A stretch of 64,000 nucleotides of DNA. Source: an uncultured Candidatus Saccharibacteria bacterium (GTDB taxonomy: Bacteria > Patescibacteriota > Saccharimonadia > Saccharimonadales > Saccharimonadaceae). Below are positions 49,746 to 59,415 of the stretch, one piece after another (position 1 is the first letter of the stretch; the number at the start of each line of letters is the position of its first letter). The notes under the pieces were generated by a model. The model was not told the origin of the DNA, made no database searches, and was given only the letters and a program-made list of their open reading frames with translations. The translations under genes were made by a program, and so were the position numbers. The DNA lies in contig CAZJUR010000003.1 in NCBI GenBank assembly GCA_964549525.1, positions 2,030-66,029 of the forward strand, given 5' to 3'.

Positions 49746-52214
49746 ATGAAAGTTAGTCTAAAAACCATCCAAGAATTAATTGATTTCCAGTTGCCAGCAG
49801 TTGACGAAGTGGTACAAAAGATTAATGCGCAGCTGGGAGGCGTCGAAAAAATTATTGACCTTGGTGCAAAATATAAAGATGCGAAAATCGTCCGTGTTGT
49901 AGAATGCGAAAAACACCCGAATGCAGACAGGCTACATGTATGCAAAATTGATGCAGGAACTGACGAGCTGGTGCAGGTAGTCTGCGGTGCGCCAAATGTT
50001 AAAAAAGGCATGTGGGCGGTGTGGTTGCCGCCACAAACTATCGTACCGAGTACGCATGAGGACAAGGAGTCGTTTAAACTAGAGTCAAAAGAGCTCCGTG
50101 GTGTGATGAGTCACGGCATGCTCGCGAGCGTTAAAGAACTCGATCTTGGCGATGATCACGCGGGAATTCTCGAGATACAAGAAAACGAAGTACTAAAATC
50201 AGATGACAAACTATCTGCTGGTATGAGTTTTGCAAACGCCTTTGGTTTAGATGATGTAATTCTTGATATTGAAAACAAAATGTTTACTCACCGACCTGAT
50301 TGTTTTGGCCAGCTGGGCGTCGCGCGTGAAATTGCCGGTATATTAGGACATGAGTTTAAAAATCCAGCATGGTATACCGAAGAACCTCAGTGTGAGGAAT
50401 CAACCGACTTGCCGCTCGACGTTTTCAATGACGCTGGTGAAAAAGTACCACGCTTCCTGGCAGTTGTGCTTCAGAATATAGAAATTCGTCCGAGTCCACT
50501 GTGGCTACAGAGCGAACTAATTCGCATGGGCGCTAAGCCGATTAATAATATAGTAGATGCGACAAATTATATTATGCTGATGACAGCTCAGCCAACTCAT
50601 GCGTATGACTACGATAAACTGCGCGGCAATACACTCGGAGTACGTATGGCACAGGATGGTGAATCGATGGAACTTCTCAATGGTAAAACATACCAATTTA
50701 CCACAGATGACATGGTGATTGTTGATGGTGAGGGAGTGATTGGACTTGGCGGTATCATGGGCGGCAATAATAGTGAAGTTGATGAAAATACCAAAAATAT
50801 CGTGCTTGAATGTGCCAATTTTGACATGTATACGCTACGTAAAAGCAGCATGAAACATGGATTATTTACTGATGCTTTGACTCGTTTTAATAAAGGTCAA
50901 TCACCATTACAAAACAAATACGTCCTAGCTCGACTAATTGGTATGATTGATATATTAACGCGCGGACATAGTAAGCAAGCAAGTACTGTTTTCGATCTCC
51001 ATACAGATCTTCCAGATGTTGTGACTTTGCATGTATCAACACAGTTTGTAAACGATCGACTGGGGTCGAATCTCACGGTCAATGAAGTGACTCAACTCCT
51101 CACGAATGTTAATTTTGTCGTTAAAAATGAAGGTGATCAGTTATCAATTACAGCGCCATTTTGGCGAACGGATATTGCGCTTGCTGAAGATATTATCGAA
51201 GAGGTTGGACGATTATACGGCTACGACAAATTACCCCGCAAACTGCCGAGTCGATCGGGCAAACCAGCTCAAAAAAATCTTCAGCATGAGGTCAAGCAAC
51301 GGATTCGCGACAGTTTTTTACGGGCTGGCGCGAACGAAGCTTTAACGTACAGTTTTGTGCATGAAAAGATTTTCAAAAATGCCGAGCAAGACATCGCACA
51401 GGCATTTCAACTTTCAAATGCCTTGAGCCCAGATTTACAATATTATCGACTCAGTGTACTGCCCAGTTTGCTCGATAAAGTCCATATGAATATAAAAGCC
51501 GGACACGATGAATTTGTTTTATTTGAAATTGGCAAAGGTCACAACAAAAAATATCATGCTACGGACGATGACGGACTTCCAAAAGAGCTGGAGTTTGTTG
51601 ATGTGGTATATAGTCGTAGAAAAAATGATACGAGTGCTCCATACTACTATGTCCGACATCTGCTTCAGCAAGTAGGCACAGATCTTGGCTTTGAAATTAC
51701 CATAAAACCTATCGAGAAACCGATGGACTATCCTGTGACTGCACCATTTGATCAAACCAGGAGTGCTTTAGTAGAAACCCGTGAAGGTATATTTATCGGT
51801 ATGATCGGTGAGCTCAAAACAGCAGTTGTAGAGGCATTTAAGCTGCCGGAACATTCGGCTGCTATGACGTTGGATCTTCAGGGAATCGTCAAAGCATATG
51901 CATTGCCACGTCAAACATATAAGTCGCTTAGTAAATATCCCAGTATTCACCAAGATATATCTATCAAAGTCAAAAATACCATACCGTATCAGCAAGTTTT
52001 CGATGCGGTATGCCAATCGATAAATCAAGAGTACAATCCATCTGTCTCGCCAGTCAGTATTTATCAACCACAAAATGATACTACCTACAAAACAATCACT
52101 CTTCATATTGAACTTGTCTCATATGAAAAAACCTTGACCACAAAACAGGCTCAAGAAGTGATTTTACAGGTCAAGCATGCGTTAGAACAAGCCTGTCATG
52201 CTGAGATAGTTTGA
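49746..52214 (+). CDS. pheT: Phenylalanyl-tRNA synthetase beta subunit
   Basis: 822 aa with an N-terminal tRNA-binding OB (HPNADRLHVCKID), B3/4 and B5 domains and a C-terminal FDX-ACB-like domain. Confidence 0.97.
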   Translation: MKVSLKTIQELIDFQLPAVDEVVQKINAQLGGVEKIIDLGAKYKDAKIVRVVECEKHPNADRLHVCKIDAGTDELVQVVCGAPNVKKGMWAVWLPPQTIVPSTHEDKESFKLESKELRGVMSHGMLASVKELDLGDDHAGILEIQENEVLKSDDKLSAGMSFANAFGLDDVILDIENKMFTHRPDCFGQLGVAREIAGILGHEFKNPAWYTEEPQCEESTDLPLDVFNDAGEKVPRFLAVVLQNIEIRPSPLWLQSELIRMGAKPINNIVDATNYIMLMTAQPTHAYDYDKLRGNTLGVRMAQDGESMELLNGKTYQFTTDDMVIVDGEGVIGLGGIMGGNNSEVDENTKNIVLECANFDMYTLRKSSMKHGLFTDALTRFNKGQSPLQNKYVLARLIGMIDILTRGHSKQASTVFDLHTDLPDVVTLHVSTQFVNDRLGSNLTVNEVTQLLTNVNFVVKNEGDQLSITAPFWRTDIALAEDIIEEVGRLYGYDKLPRKLPSRSGKPAQKNLQHEVKQRIRDSFLRAGANEALTYSFVHEKIFKNAEQDIAQAFQLSNALSPDLQYYRLSVLPSLLDKVHMNIKAGHDEFVLFEIGKGHNKKYHATDDDGLPKELEFVDVVYSRRKNDTSAPYYYVRHLLQQVGTDLGFEITIKPIEKPMDYPVTAPFDQTRSALVETREGIFIGMIGELKTAVVEAFKLPEHSAAMTLDLQGIVKAYALPRQTYKSLSKYPSIHQDISIKVKNTIPYQQVFDAVCQSINQEYNPSVSPVSIYQPQNDTTYKTITLHIELVSYEKTLTTKQAQEVILQVKHALEQACHAEIV

Positions 52215-52246
52215 TATAATTAGTATAAACATAGATAGGGGAGTAT

Positions 52247-52846
52247 ATGGAGAAATCATCGACAACAAGAGGACAAAAAATTGCTATTTGGATTATATTA
52301 ATCGCCTTAACGATAGGTACGTTCGGGGCTTATTTTGTGGTGATTATTGCCAACAACAACGCTAATGATCCAGTGCTTAAAAAACAAGATGAACAAAGAC
52401 AGCAAGAAAAATATATGAAAGAGTATCAAGCTCAAATCAAAAAACAGCAAGAAGCTGAAGCCAAAAAGAAAAAAGAGCCGCTAGAAGGCTATGCGGCAGA
52501 AGCATTTGACAAACAAGCTGTCACAGAACTTAAAATCGACGAACTCAAAGCTGGCACCGGGGCTGAGGCAACCGCACAATCGACTGTAGAAGCAAATTAT
52601 TTTGGCTGGACAAGTGACGGAAAAATTTTTGATAGCAGTCGCAAAGACGGAGCCACTAAACCGATTGAGTTTTCTCTACAAGGAGTTATTAAAGGCTGGA
52701 CAGAGGGCCTCACTGGTGCGAAAGAAGGTAGTGTGCGAAAACTAACTATCCCAGCCGATAAGGCCTATGGTGCACAAGGTAGCCCGCCATCAATCGGTGC
52801 TAACGAGCCACTTATGTTTATTGTCGAACTAAAGAAAGTAAAATAA
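52247..52846 (+). CDS. FKBP-type peptidyl-prolyl isomerase, membrane anchored
   Basis: N-terminal TM segment, a Lys/Gln/Glu-rich linker, and the FKBP core (FDSSRKDG...VIKGWTEGLTGAKEGSVRKLTIPADKAYG). Confidence 0.9.
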   Translation: MEKSSTTRGQKIAIWIILIALTIGTFGAYFVVIIANNNANDPVLKKQDEQRQQEKYMKEYQAQIKKQQEAEAKKKKEPLEGYAAEAFDKQAVTELKIDELKAGTGAEATAQSTVEANYFGWTSDGKIFDSSRKDGATKPIEFSLQGVIKGWTEGLTGAKEGSVRKLTIPADKAYGAQGSPPSIGANEPLMFIVELKKVK

Positions 52847-52920
52847 TACAACATATAGCGTCTTGATTTAATGTGCATACGCTATATATAATGGTATAGA
52901 TCAAGGAGGAACATAAAAAT

Positions 52921-53175
52921 ATGTCGGCAACTATCACTGTTTACACCACATCGCAATGCGCATTTTGCGTCATGGTGAAAAAATATCTTGAAGCAAAAGG
53001 CAAAGTATTTTCAACTATTAATCTCGACGAGCAACCAGATAAGCGCGAAGAGGTACAAGCGCTCAGTGGGGTTTCGAGTGTTCCGGTAACAGTTATTGAG
53101 AAAGCTGATGGAAATAAAACAGTTATAAATGGCTGGAATCCGAGTCAGTTAGATGCGGCTATTCAAGAAGCATGA
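52921..53175 (+). CDS. Glutaredoxin/NrdH-like small redox protein
   Basis: 84 aa with a thioredoxin fold and the CAFC active site (TVYTTSQCAFCVMVKKYL). Overlaps the trxB start by 4 nt. Confidence 0.85.
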   Translation: MSATITVYTTSQCAFCVMVKKYLEAKGKVFSTINLDEQPDKREEVQALSGVSSVPVTVIEKADGNKTVINGWNPSQLDAAIQEA

Positions 53176-54101
53176 ATGATACCATAAAACCACTGGTGGT
53201 GATTGGTGCAGGACCTAGTGCTTTAGCCGCTGCAGTCTATACTGCCCGTGAAGATATTGAGACGACACTTATTGAAAAAGGCGTTATTGGGGGCTTGGCA
53301 GCTATTACAGACTGGGTAGACAATTATCCTGGTTTTGCTGATGGCGTTGAAGGTCTGAAGCTTGCCGAACAACTTCAGGCGCAAGCCGAACGATTTGGTG
53401 CTAAGATCGAGTTTGGTGAAGTCACAGCCATTCGTGACGAAGGTCAATATAAAGTAGTGGTTGTTGATGGCAAAGATGTCAAGGCGCGCGCGCTATTGAT
53501 TGCGACTGGTAGCGACTATAAAAAAATCGGTGTGCCAGGTGAAGCAGAATATTATGGCCGCGGGGTGCATTACTGCGCAACCTGTGACGGCGCGTTTTAT
53601 CGTGATAAAAAGTTAGTGGTAGTCGGTGGGGGCAATTCGGCCGTACAGGAAGCGCTGTTTTTGACGCGTTTTACGACACATATTGATCTGTTGGTACGGA
53701 GCACTGTCAAAGCGAGCGAGGTCTTGCAGCATGATCTTGAAAAAGCCGTACAGGAAGGCAAAATTGCTGTACATTTACACACTTCGACTGATGAAATAGT
53801 TGGTGAAAATAGTAAAGTTACAAAAGTTATTGGCACTAAAGACGGCAAAAAAACCGAATTTCTGACAGATGGTGTATTTGTCTTCGTGGGACTTCTTCCA
53901 AATACGCAGTTTTTGCAAAATAGTAACGTCAAATTGAATGAACAGGGCTTTATTGAAACTGATCAGCATTTACAAACTTCTATACCCGGCGTGTTTTGTA
54001 GTGGAGATGTCAGAAGTGGGGCAACCATGCAAATCGCCAGCGCTGTAGGCGAAGGCGCCACTGCCGCTCTCAATATACGCGAGTATCTCGAATCTAAGTA
54101 A
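53172..54101 (+). CDS. trxB: Thioredoxin-disulfide reductase
   Basis: FAD motif VIGAGPSALAAAVY, redox-active CATCDG, NADPH motif GGGNSAVQEALFL. Confidence 0.95.
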   Translation: MNDTIKPLVVIGAGPSALAAAVYTAREDIETTLIEKGVIGGLAAITDWVDNYPGFADGVEGLKLAEQLQAQAERFGAKIEFGEVTAIRDEGQYKVVVVDGKDVKARALLIATGSDYKKIGVPGEAEYYGRGVHYCATCDGAFYRDKKLVVVGGGNSAVQEALFLTRFTTHIDLLVRSTVKASEVLQHDLEKAVQEGKIAVHLHTSTDEIVGENSKVTKVIGTKDGKKTEFLTDGVFVFVGLLPNTQFLQNSNVKLNEQGFIETDQHLQTSIPGVFCSGDVRSGATMQIASAVGEGATAALNIREYLESK

Positions 54102-54182
54102 TACGAGAAATCTCCATAAAATAAAATATTCATGCTATTTGTCCTGATCGGGACAAAAAAGATGTAAATTTATATCTTTTGT

Positions 54183-55166
54183 TTATGACGAAATTTTTTG
54201 TATAAAATTTTCGAGTTGATTGATTGTGTGTGTATTAGTGGTTTTCATGGCAATCTCTACTGTCCCATAACGAACGCCAGCATATGAGAAATTGTGCGAA
54301 CCAGTCAGGGCAACTTTTGAGCCATCTTTCATAGTAAATATGATAAATTTTGCATGAAGATAGCGTTTTTTATGATAACTATTTTCGATACGACACCTGA
54401 GGGAATCAAATATAATCATGTATTTTGCTAAACCTCTCATATGAGATGGTCGGTTAATATAATAACGACTTTTGGTTTTTTTTAATAATCTTCCGAGCTT
54501 TCCGGTCGGATAATACTGCGAAACATAGGTAGCAGCAACAGATTTCTGCGCTAACGTACAGGCATGACGATAAATGATAGATGCGTGTGGTTCAGCAGCA
54601 TCTAGATAGCACGTAGAGGTATCATCAATTTGATAGGTGTTACCTAAGTATGCATTAGTGTTTTTAATGATTCGTTCATGCTCTTGACGTAAAAAATTTG
54701 CTAAATCCCTATCGTGGGTGTGGAGCATAAAATCATTATTCTTCAGACCTGCATCATACATATTTATACCACCAAAACAAAATACTTCATCATCGATAAT
54801 ACTCCATTTTTGATGATTGCGATTTTTATATGGATTTAAGACGTTCGTTTCTCCGAGCCACACAAACTTGCCGCCCTCCTGTCGAAGTTTATCGACATAT
54901 TTTCGGATGTTTTTACCGCTGATATGATTGGTATCAATCGGACCGAAGTGTTTCCGTCTGATTTCATGGAAAGTATAGACATCGGCAGTGATGGTCACAT
55001 GTACGCCTCTTTTAGCCGCCGTGACTACCGCATCAAGAAGTTCTTTGGTCTTATAATCATATATCAGATCAAATGAAGCGATGTTAATGGTTTTTTTAGC
55101 GTGCCGCACGGTTTGAAGCAGTGTCTGATAATACTCATCCGTTTCTCGTAGGGTAAATTGGGGCAT
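54183..55166 (-). CDS. Phospholipase D-family protein (two HKD motifs)
   Basis: HQKWSIIDD and HAKFIIF...GSHNFS. TGcTAAAAT (reverse complement of 55173-55181) ends 7 nt before ATG 55166. Confidence 0.85.
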   Translation of the reverse strand: MPQFTLRETDEYYQTLLQTVRHAKKTINIASFDLIYDYKTKELLDAVVTAAKRGVHVTITADVYTFHEIRRKHFGPIDTNHISGKNIRKYVDKLRQEGGKFVWLGETNVLNPYKNRNHQKWSIIDDEVFCFGGINMYDAGLKNNDFMLHTHDRDLANFLRQEHERIIKNTNAYLGNTYQIDDTSTCYLDAAEPHASIIYRHACTLAQKSVAATYVSQYYPTGKLGRLLKKTKSRYYINRPSHMRGLAKYMIIFDSLRCRIENSYHKKRYLHAKFIIFTMKDGSKVALTGSHNFSYAGVRYGTVEIAMKTTNTHTINQLENFIQKISS

Positions 55167-55172
55167 TACTCT

Positions 55173-55181
55173 ATTTTAGCA
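55173..55181 (-). promoter_or_regulatory. Extended -10 (TGcTAAAAT) for the PLD-family gene
   Basis: The reverse complement reads TGCTAAAAT. It sits back-to-back with the ppa -10 element 4 nt away. Confidence 0.4.
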
Positions 55182-55184
55182 TTT

Positions 55185-55193
55185 TGCTATAAT
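55185..55193 (+). promoter_or_regulatory. Extended -10 (TGcTATAAT) for ppa
   Basis: TGcTATAAT at 55185-55193, followed by an AGAGGAGA Shine-Dalgarno and ATG 55224. Confidence 0.45.
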
Positions 55194-55223
55194 TATGTAT
55201 GAATAGAAAAAGAGGAGAAAATA

Positions 55224-55751
55224 ATGGCAGATTTTAATAAAATTCTTGACGCAGGTGATGTCGAAAACAATATTGTTAATGTGGTTGTAGAAATTCCGAA
55301 ATGGTCAACCCTGAAAATTGAGTGGAATCGTGATCTAGCAGTGTTTGAACTGGATCGAGTGGAGCCAAGCATTTTTCCAAAACCTGTTAATTATGGGTTT
55401 ATCCCACAGACGCTGGATGAGGATGGAGATGAGCTCGATGCGCTGGTAATGACGAATGAACCAATCCCAACTGGGGTGTTTTTGAAAGCGCGTGTACTGG
55501 GTGTTTTACGTTTCGAAGACGATGGTGAAGTAGACGATAAAATCATTGTTGTACCTGTCGATGATCGCAACAGTGATGTCCCAGCTACCATGGCAGATGT
55601 GCACGACAAATGGAAACAAAAGATTGAGCATCACTTTAGCCACTACAAAGACCTGAAAAAACCCGGCTCAACTATCGTCAAAGGTTGGGGCGATCTAGCG
55701 GAAGCTACAAATGTGATTCACGAATCGATTAAACGTTGGCAAAATAAGTAA
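55224..55751 (+). CDS. ppa: Inorganic pyrophosphatase (family I)
   Basis: YGFIPQTLDEDGDELDALV and the DDKIIVVPVDD block. Confidence 0.95.
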   Translation: MADFNKILDAGDVENNIVNVVVEIPKWSTLKIEWNRDLAVFELDRVEPSIFPKPVNYGFIPQTLDEDGDELDALVMTNEPIPTGVFLKARVLGVLRFEDDGEVDDKIIVVPVDDRNSDVPATMADVHDKWKQKIEHHFSHYKDLKKPGSTIVKGWGDLAEATNVIHESIKRWQNK

Positions 55752-55808
55752 GTTTTCCACTTTTTTACAGATACAACAATTCCGTACATAGCTTTATGAA
55801 AAAAAGTG

Positions 55809-55837
55809 TTGACACGCTAAAATCATAAGCATATAGT
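55809..55837 (+). promoter_or_regulatory. Sigma70-type promoter (TTGACA-17-TATAGT)
   Basis: TTGACA at 55809-55814, 17-nt spacer, TATAGT at 55832-55837. About 125 nt before the next ATG (55968). Confidence 0.55.
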
Positions 55838-55967
55838 GAAATATAAGGTTGCACGTTATAAAACAAACAGCCGTTAGTATAAACATAAAAGTATCAGACA
55901 CGGTACGCTAGTAACAGCGAATTTTTCTGTTTTTAGCCTATTGTGTTTGGAAAAAGGAGAAACAAAT

Positions 55968-56201
55968 ATGAGTCCTAATAATACGGAGAGAACTCATACT
56001 TTTACGTATCCAACAGTAACACCAATTGATATTCTATCGCCACATCATAAAGAACATCATCCCGCCCTTATGCCATTTGGGGAACAAACTGAAATTCCTC
56101 AAGGCGGTCATGAGCAGACACATAAAGATATAGCTTCCATCGCCACACAACAAATAGTCAAGCTAGCACCAGAATCTGAGCGATTTGAAAAAGCTGCATA
56201 A
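55968..56201 (+). CDS. Hypothetical His-rich 77-aa protein
   Basis: ATG 55968 follows an AAGGAGA Shine-Dalgarno (55954-55960). No recognisable family. Confidence 0.4.
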   Translation: MSPNNTERTHTFTYPTVTPIDILSPHHKEHHPALMPFGEQTEIPQGGHEQTHKDIASIATQQIVKLAPESERFEKAA

Positions 56202-56222
56202 CCTATTTTTATTTTAATAGAA

Positions 56223-57764
56223 CTACGAGCGACTGGTTTTTTTGCGAGTAGCTTTCTCTCGAATTATAGCCGCAGCTTGAGAAATTGACTGAATAATACC
56301 AAGTTTTCTTAACTGAGAACGAATTTTATTTCGAGCATGAGTTGTTTTGACAATTTCAAGCCAATCTTTTTTAGGGCTAGCATCTCTTCTGGTTAAAATT
56401 TCTACCACATCACCATTTTTGAGCGGTTTATCGAGCGTGTGAATCTTGTTATTTACTTTACAGCCGATTGTTCTCCGTCCTATATCGCTATGAACGAGAT
56501 AGGCAAAATCGAGTGGATAGGCTCCTTCGGGAAGATTATATATGTCACCCTTAGGAGAATAAACAAAAATACGATCATTAAATAAATCAACAGCTAGCTG
56601 GTTATGGCTAATTTCTTCGCCATCTTTAAGCCGACCGGCAACTTCTTGGAGCTGTGTGATCCACTGTAGGTCTGAGGGGAGACGAGAACTTTGCCGAGCG
56701 GTATACAGTTTTGTATCTTTTTGCTCATGATAATGAAAACTAGCGGCAAGCCCTCGTTCGGCGTACTCATGCATGGCATGGGTGCGAATCTGAAATTCGA
56801 TAATTTGTTTGGTTGGTGTAATGACGGTGGTGTGCAAACTCTGATACCCATTTGGTTTGGGAGTGGCTATATAATCTTTAATGCGATTAAGCATCGGTTG
56901 ATAGAGTGAATGAATCAGGCCTAGTACTCGGTAACAATCTTCGGTTTTGTCGACGATTATACGTAAGGCAATAAGATCATAAATTTCGTTAATGTCGTCA
57001 TCAACTTTCTTTAGTTTTTTATGCAGACTATAAATACTCTTCACTCGTCCATCAATTAAAAATGGTATATGGTGATCGTGAAGTATTTTTTCTATTTCTT
57101 TTTGCGAAACCACCAACTTTCGATGACTCTTGCCGAGTCGATCTTTCATGAGTTTTCTGAGTAATTTGTATTGCTTCGGCTGGAGGTAGCTGAAAGCAAT
57201 TTCCTCTATTTGCATCCGCACGCGCCCCATACCGAGCCGATCCGCCATAGGAGCAAATACATCTAATGATTCACGCGCTATTTTAGTTTGTGTCGCGTGA
57301 GGAATATGCGAGAGGGTTTGAAGATTATGCAACCGATCAGCCAGTTTAATAATAATCACCCGTATGTCTTGACCAATAGCAATGAGAAGCTTACTCAAAT
57401 TATCTTTAGTGCTAGGGAGGTAGGTATCCATATGCCGCATGCCAGCTCGAGCCTGGCCAATCTTCGTAACGCCGTCAACTAAAAAGGCCACATCGCGGCC
57501 AAAATGATTTTCAATAAATTCTAGCGTAATATCAGTATCTTCTACTGTATCATGCAATATACCAGCAAGCACACTATCGGCATCCATACCCCATTCAATC
57601 AAAATGGCAGCTACTGTCAGTGGATGAGAAATGTAGGGTGCCCCACTTTTTCGTTTTTGACCTTTATGTGCTGTGGTGGCAACGTCAATTGCATGTCCGA
57701 ACTCTAGGAGTACATCCTCGTCATAATGAGGTTGTGCATATGAGAGCAACTCTTTGCGATTCAT
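56223..57764 (-). CDS. rel: Bifunctional (p)ppGpp synthetase/hydrolase, RelA/SpoT homolog
   Basis: HD hydrolase motifs (HPLTVAAIL, HDTVEDT), a synthetase domain (YQSLHTTV) and a TGS domain (VYSPKGDIYNLPEGAYPLDFAY). Start set to ATG 57764 because TGcTATAAT ends 7 nt upstream. Confidence 0.92.
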   Translation of the reverse strand: MNRKELLSYAQPHYDEDVLLEFGHAIDVATTAHKGQKRKSGAPYISHPLTVAAILIEWGMDADSVLAGILHDTVEDTDITLEFIENHFGRDVAFLVDGVTKIGQARAGMRHMDTYLPSTKDNLSKLLIAIGQDIRVIIIKLADRLHNLQTLSHIPHATQTKIARESLDVFAPMADRLGMGRVRMQIEEIAFSYLQPKQYKLLRKLMKDRLGKSHRKLVVSQKEIEKILHDHHIPFLIDGRVKSIYSLHKKLKKVDDDINEIYDLIALRIIVDKTEDCYRVLGLIHSLYQPMLNRIKDYIATPKPNGYQSLHTTVITPTKQIIEFQIRTHAMHEYAERGLAASFHYHEQKDTKLYTARQSSRLPSDLQWITQLQEVAGRLKDGEEISHNQLAVDLFNDRIFVYSPKGDIYNLPEGAYPLDFAYLVHSDIGRRTIGCKVNNKIHTLDKPLKNGDVVEILTRRDASPKKDWLEIVKTTHARNKIRSQLRKLGIIQSISQAAAIIREKATRKKTSRS

Positions 57765-57770
57765 GCCAAT

Positions 57771-57779
57771 ATTATAGCA
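57771..57779 (-). promoter_or_regulatory. Extended -10 (TGcTATAAT) for rel
   Basis: The reverse complement reads TGCTATAAT, with 6 nt between the hexamer and ATG 57764. Confidence 0.45.
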
Positions 57780-57795
57780 AGATAGGACCGATTGC

Positions 57796-57824
57796 TTGAA
57801 ACTATCCATCGATACGCATACAAT
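57796..57824 (+). promoter_or_regulatory. Sigma70-type promoter (TTGAAA-17-TACAAT) of gap
   Basis: TTGAAA at 57796-57801, 17-nt spacer, TACAAT at 57819-57824. AAGGAG Shine-Dalgarno at 57845-57850. Confidence 0.55.
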
Positions 57825-57854
57825 AGTACTAACATAAGCAGCATAAGGAGTGGT

Positions 57855-58877
57855 ATGTCAGTTACAAAAATAGCAATAAATGGCTTTGGAAGAATTGGTC
57901 GTAATGCGTTCAAGATCGCATTTGAGCGGACAGATATAGAAATAGTTGCAATCAATGATTTAACTGATAACAAAACCCTCGCCCATCTCCTCAAGCATGA
58001 TTCATCATATGGTACCTACGAGCACAAGGTAGATTTTGATGAAGACAATATTATTGTCAATGGCAAATCTATCAAGGTATTAGCAGAAAAGGAACCAGCC
58101 AGTTTACCGTGGAAAGATTTAGGCGTTGACGTGGTAATTGAAAGCACCGGGTTCTTTGTCGATCCAGCGCTAGCACGTGCGCATATCGACGGTGGTGGAG
58201 CTAAGAAAGTAGTTATCTCGGCCCCTGCAAAAGGTGAAGGCGCCCAAACCATCGTACTAGGTGTCAATGAAGATAAGATTGCGTCTGCTGAAACAGATAT
58301 TTTCTCCAATGCAAGTTGTACTACAAACTGCATTACACCTGTTATGGCAGTATTAGAAAGTAATTTTGGTATCGAAAAAGCGATGATGACTACTGTGCAT
58401 AGTTATACTGCTTCACAGCGACTACAAGATGCTCCTGCTAAGGATCTTCGCGAAGCACGTGCTGCTGCAGAAAATATTGTGCCTACTACTACCGGGGCCA
58501 GTATTGCTGCTGCCCAAGCACTGCCTAGCTTAAAAGGTATCTTCGGCGGCTTGAGTGTTCGGGTTCCTACTCCAGTCGTCAGTATGAGTGATTTTGTGGT
58601 GGTTACCAAACGTGATACGACGATCGAAGAGATTAAAACCGTATTTAAAAAAGCCGCTCAAGAGCCGTATTATCAGGGAATATTAGGAATTACAGAAGAT
58701 GAACTAGTTTCACTTGATTTTAAAGGCAATAGCTATAGCTCAATTGTGGACCTTAACCTCACGAATGTCGTGGGTGGCAATCTCATAAAAGTTGTGGCGT
58801 GGTACGACAATGAATGGGGATATAGCAACCGACTAGTCGAGCTGACAGCAGATGTCGGTAAAACTGTCAGCCGATAA
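57855..58877 (+). CDS. gap: Glyceraldehyde-3-phosphate dehydrogenase
   Basis: INGFGRIGR and the catalytic SNASCTTNC. Start moved from 57792 to ATG 57855. Confidence 0.97.
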   Translation: MSVTKIAINGFGRIGRNAFKIAFERTDIEIVAINDLTDNKTLAHLLKHDSSYGTYEHKVDFDEDNIIVNGKSIKVLAEKEPASLPWKDLGVDVVIESTGFFVDPALARAHIDGGGAKKVVISAPAKGEGAQTIVLGVNEDKIASAETDIFSNASCTTNCITPVMAVLESNFGIEKAMMTTVHSYTASQRLQDAPAKDLREARAAAENIVPTTTGASIAAAQALPSLKGIFGGLSVRVPTPVVSMSDFVVVTKRDTTIEEIKTVFKKAAQEPYYQGILGITEDELVSLDFKGNSYSSIVDLNLTNVVGGNLIKVVAWYDNEWGYSNRLVELTADVGKTVSR

Positions 58878-58918
58878 TCATTAGATGTAGAAAGCATGAA
58901 ATATGATTATTGCACTTA

Positions 58919-58947
58919 TTGAAATGTAGGTGCAAAACGCTTATACT
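58919..58947 (+). promoter_or_regulatory. Sigma70-type promoter (TTGAAA-17-TATACT) of rpiB operon
   Basis: TTGAAA at 58919-58924, 17-nt spacer, TATACT at 58942-58947. ATG 58959 follows after 11 nt. Confidence 0.5.
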
Positions 58948-58958
58948 TACATGTAGAT

Positions 58959-59411
58959 ATGCATATATTTTTAGGGAGCGATCATCAGGGCTTTCATTTG
59001 AAAGAAAAAATTCATAGTTATCTCATGAAGAGAGGTCACGATGTAGAAGATGTCGGTGACAAAGAGCTCGATCCGCAAGATGATTTTCCAGAATTTGCAG
59101 CGAAAGCTGCGGTAAAAGTAATTGGTAGCGAAGCATCTGACCCACGTGCAATATTAATTTGCGGTGGTGGTCAAGGCATGGCAATGGCGGCAAATCGGTT
59201 TGACGGCATTCGAGCAAGCGTCATATGGGATAAAACGGAAGCCAAAATGACACGTTATGACAATGATAGTAATGTACTCTGTCTCCCGGCGCGTGTTTTG
59301 GATACTGAAGCCGAAGACTGGAAAGAAATTGTAGAAGTGTGGCTTGATACTGAGTTTGCACAAGCAGAACGGTTTCGAAGACGTAATCATCAACTGGATA
59401 ATTTGAGATAA
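58959..59411 (+). CDS. rpiB: Ribose-5-phosphate isomerase B
   Basis: LGSDHQGFHLKE and ICGGGQGMAMAANR, typical of the RpiB/LacAB family. Confidence 0.92.
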   Translation: MHIFLGSDHQGFHLKEKIHSYLMKRGHDVEDVGDKELDPQDDFPEFAAKAAVKVIGSEASDPRAILICGGGQGMAMAANRFDGIRASVIWDKTEAKMTRYDNDSNVLCLPARVLDTEAEDWKEIVEVWLDTEFAQAERFRRRNHQLDNLR

Positions 59412-59415
59412 ATAT

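Noticed and set aside
54139-54158. Hairpin TTTGTCC-tgatcg-GGACAAA between trxB and the PLD gene as a terminator
   Set aside because: On the plus strand it is followed by an A-run, and on the minus strand the T-run precedes rather than follows it. It therefore does not fit an intrinsic terminator for either convergent gene.
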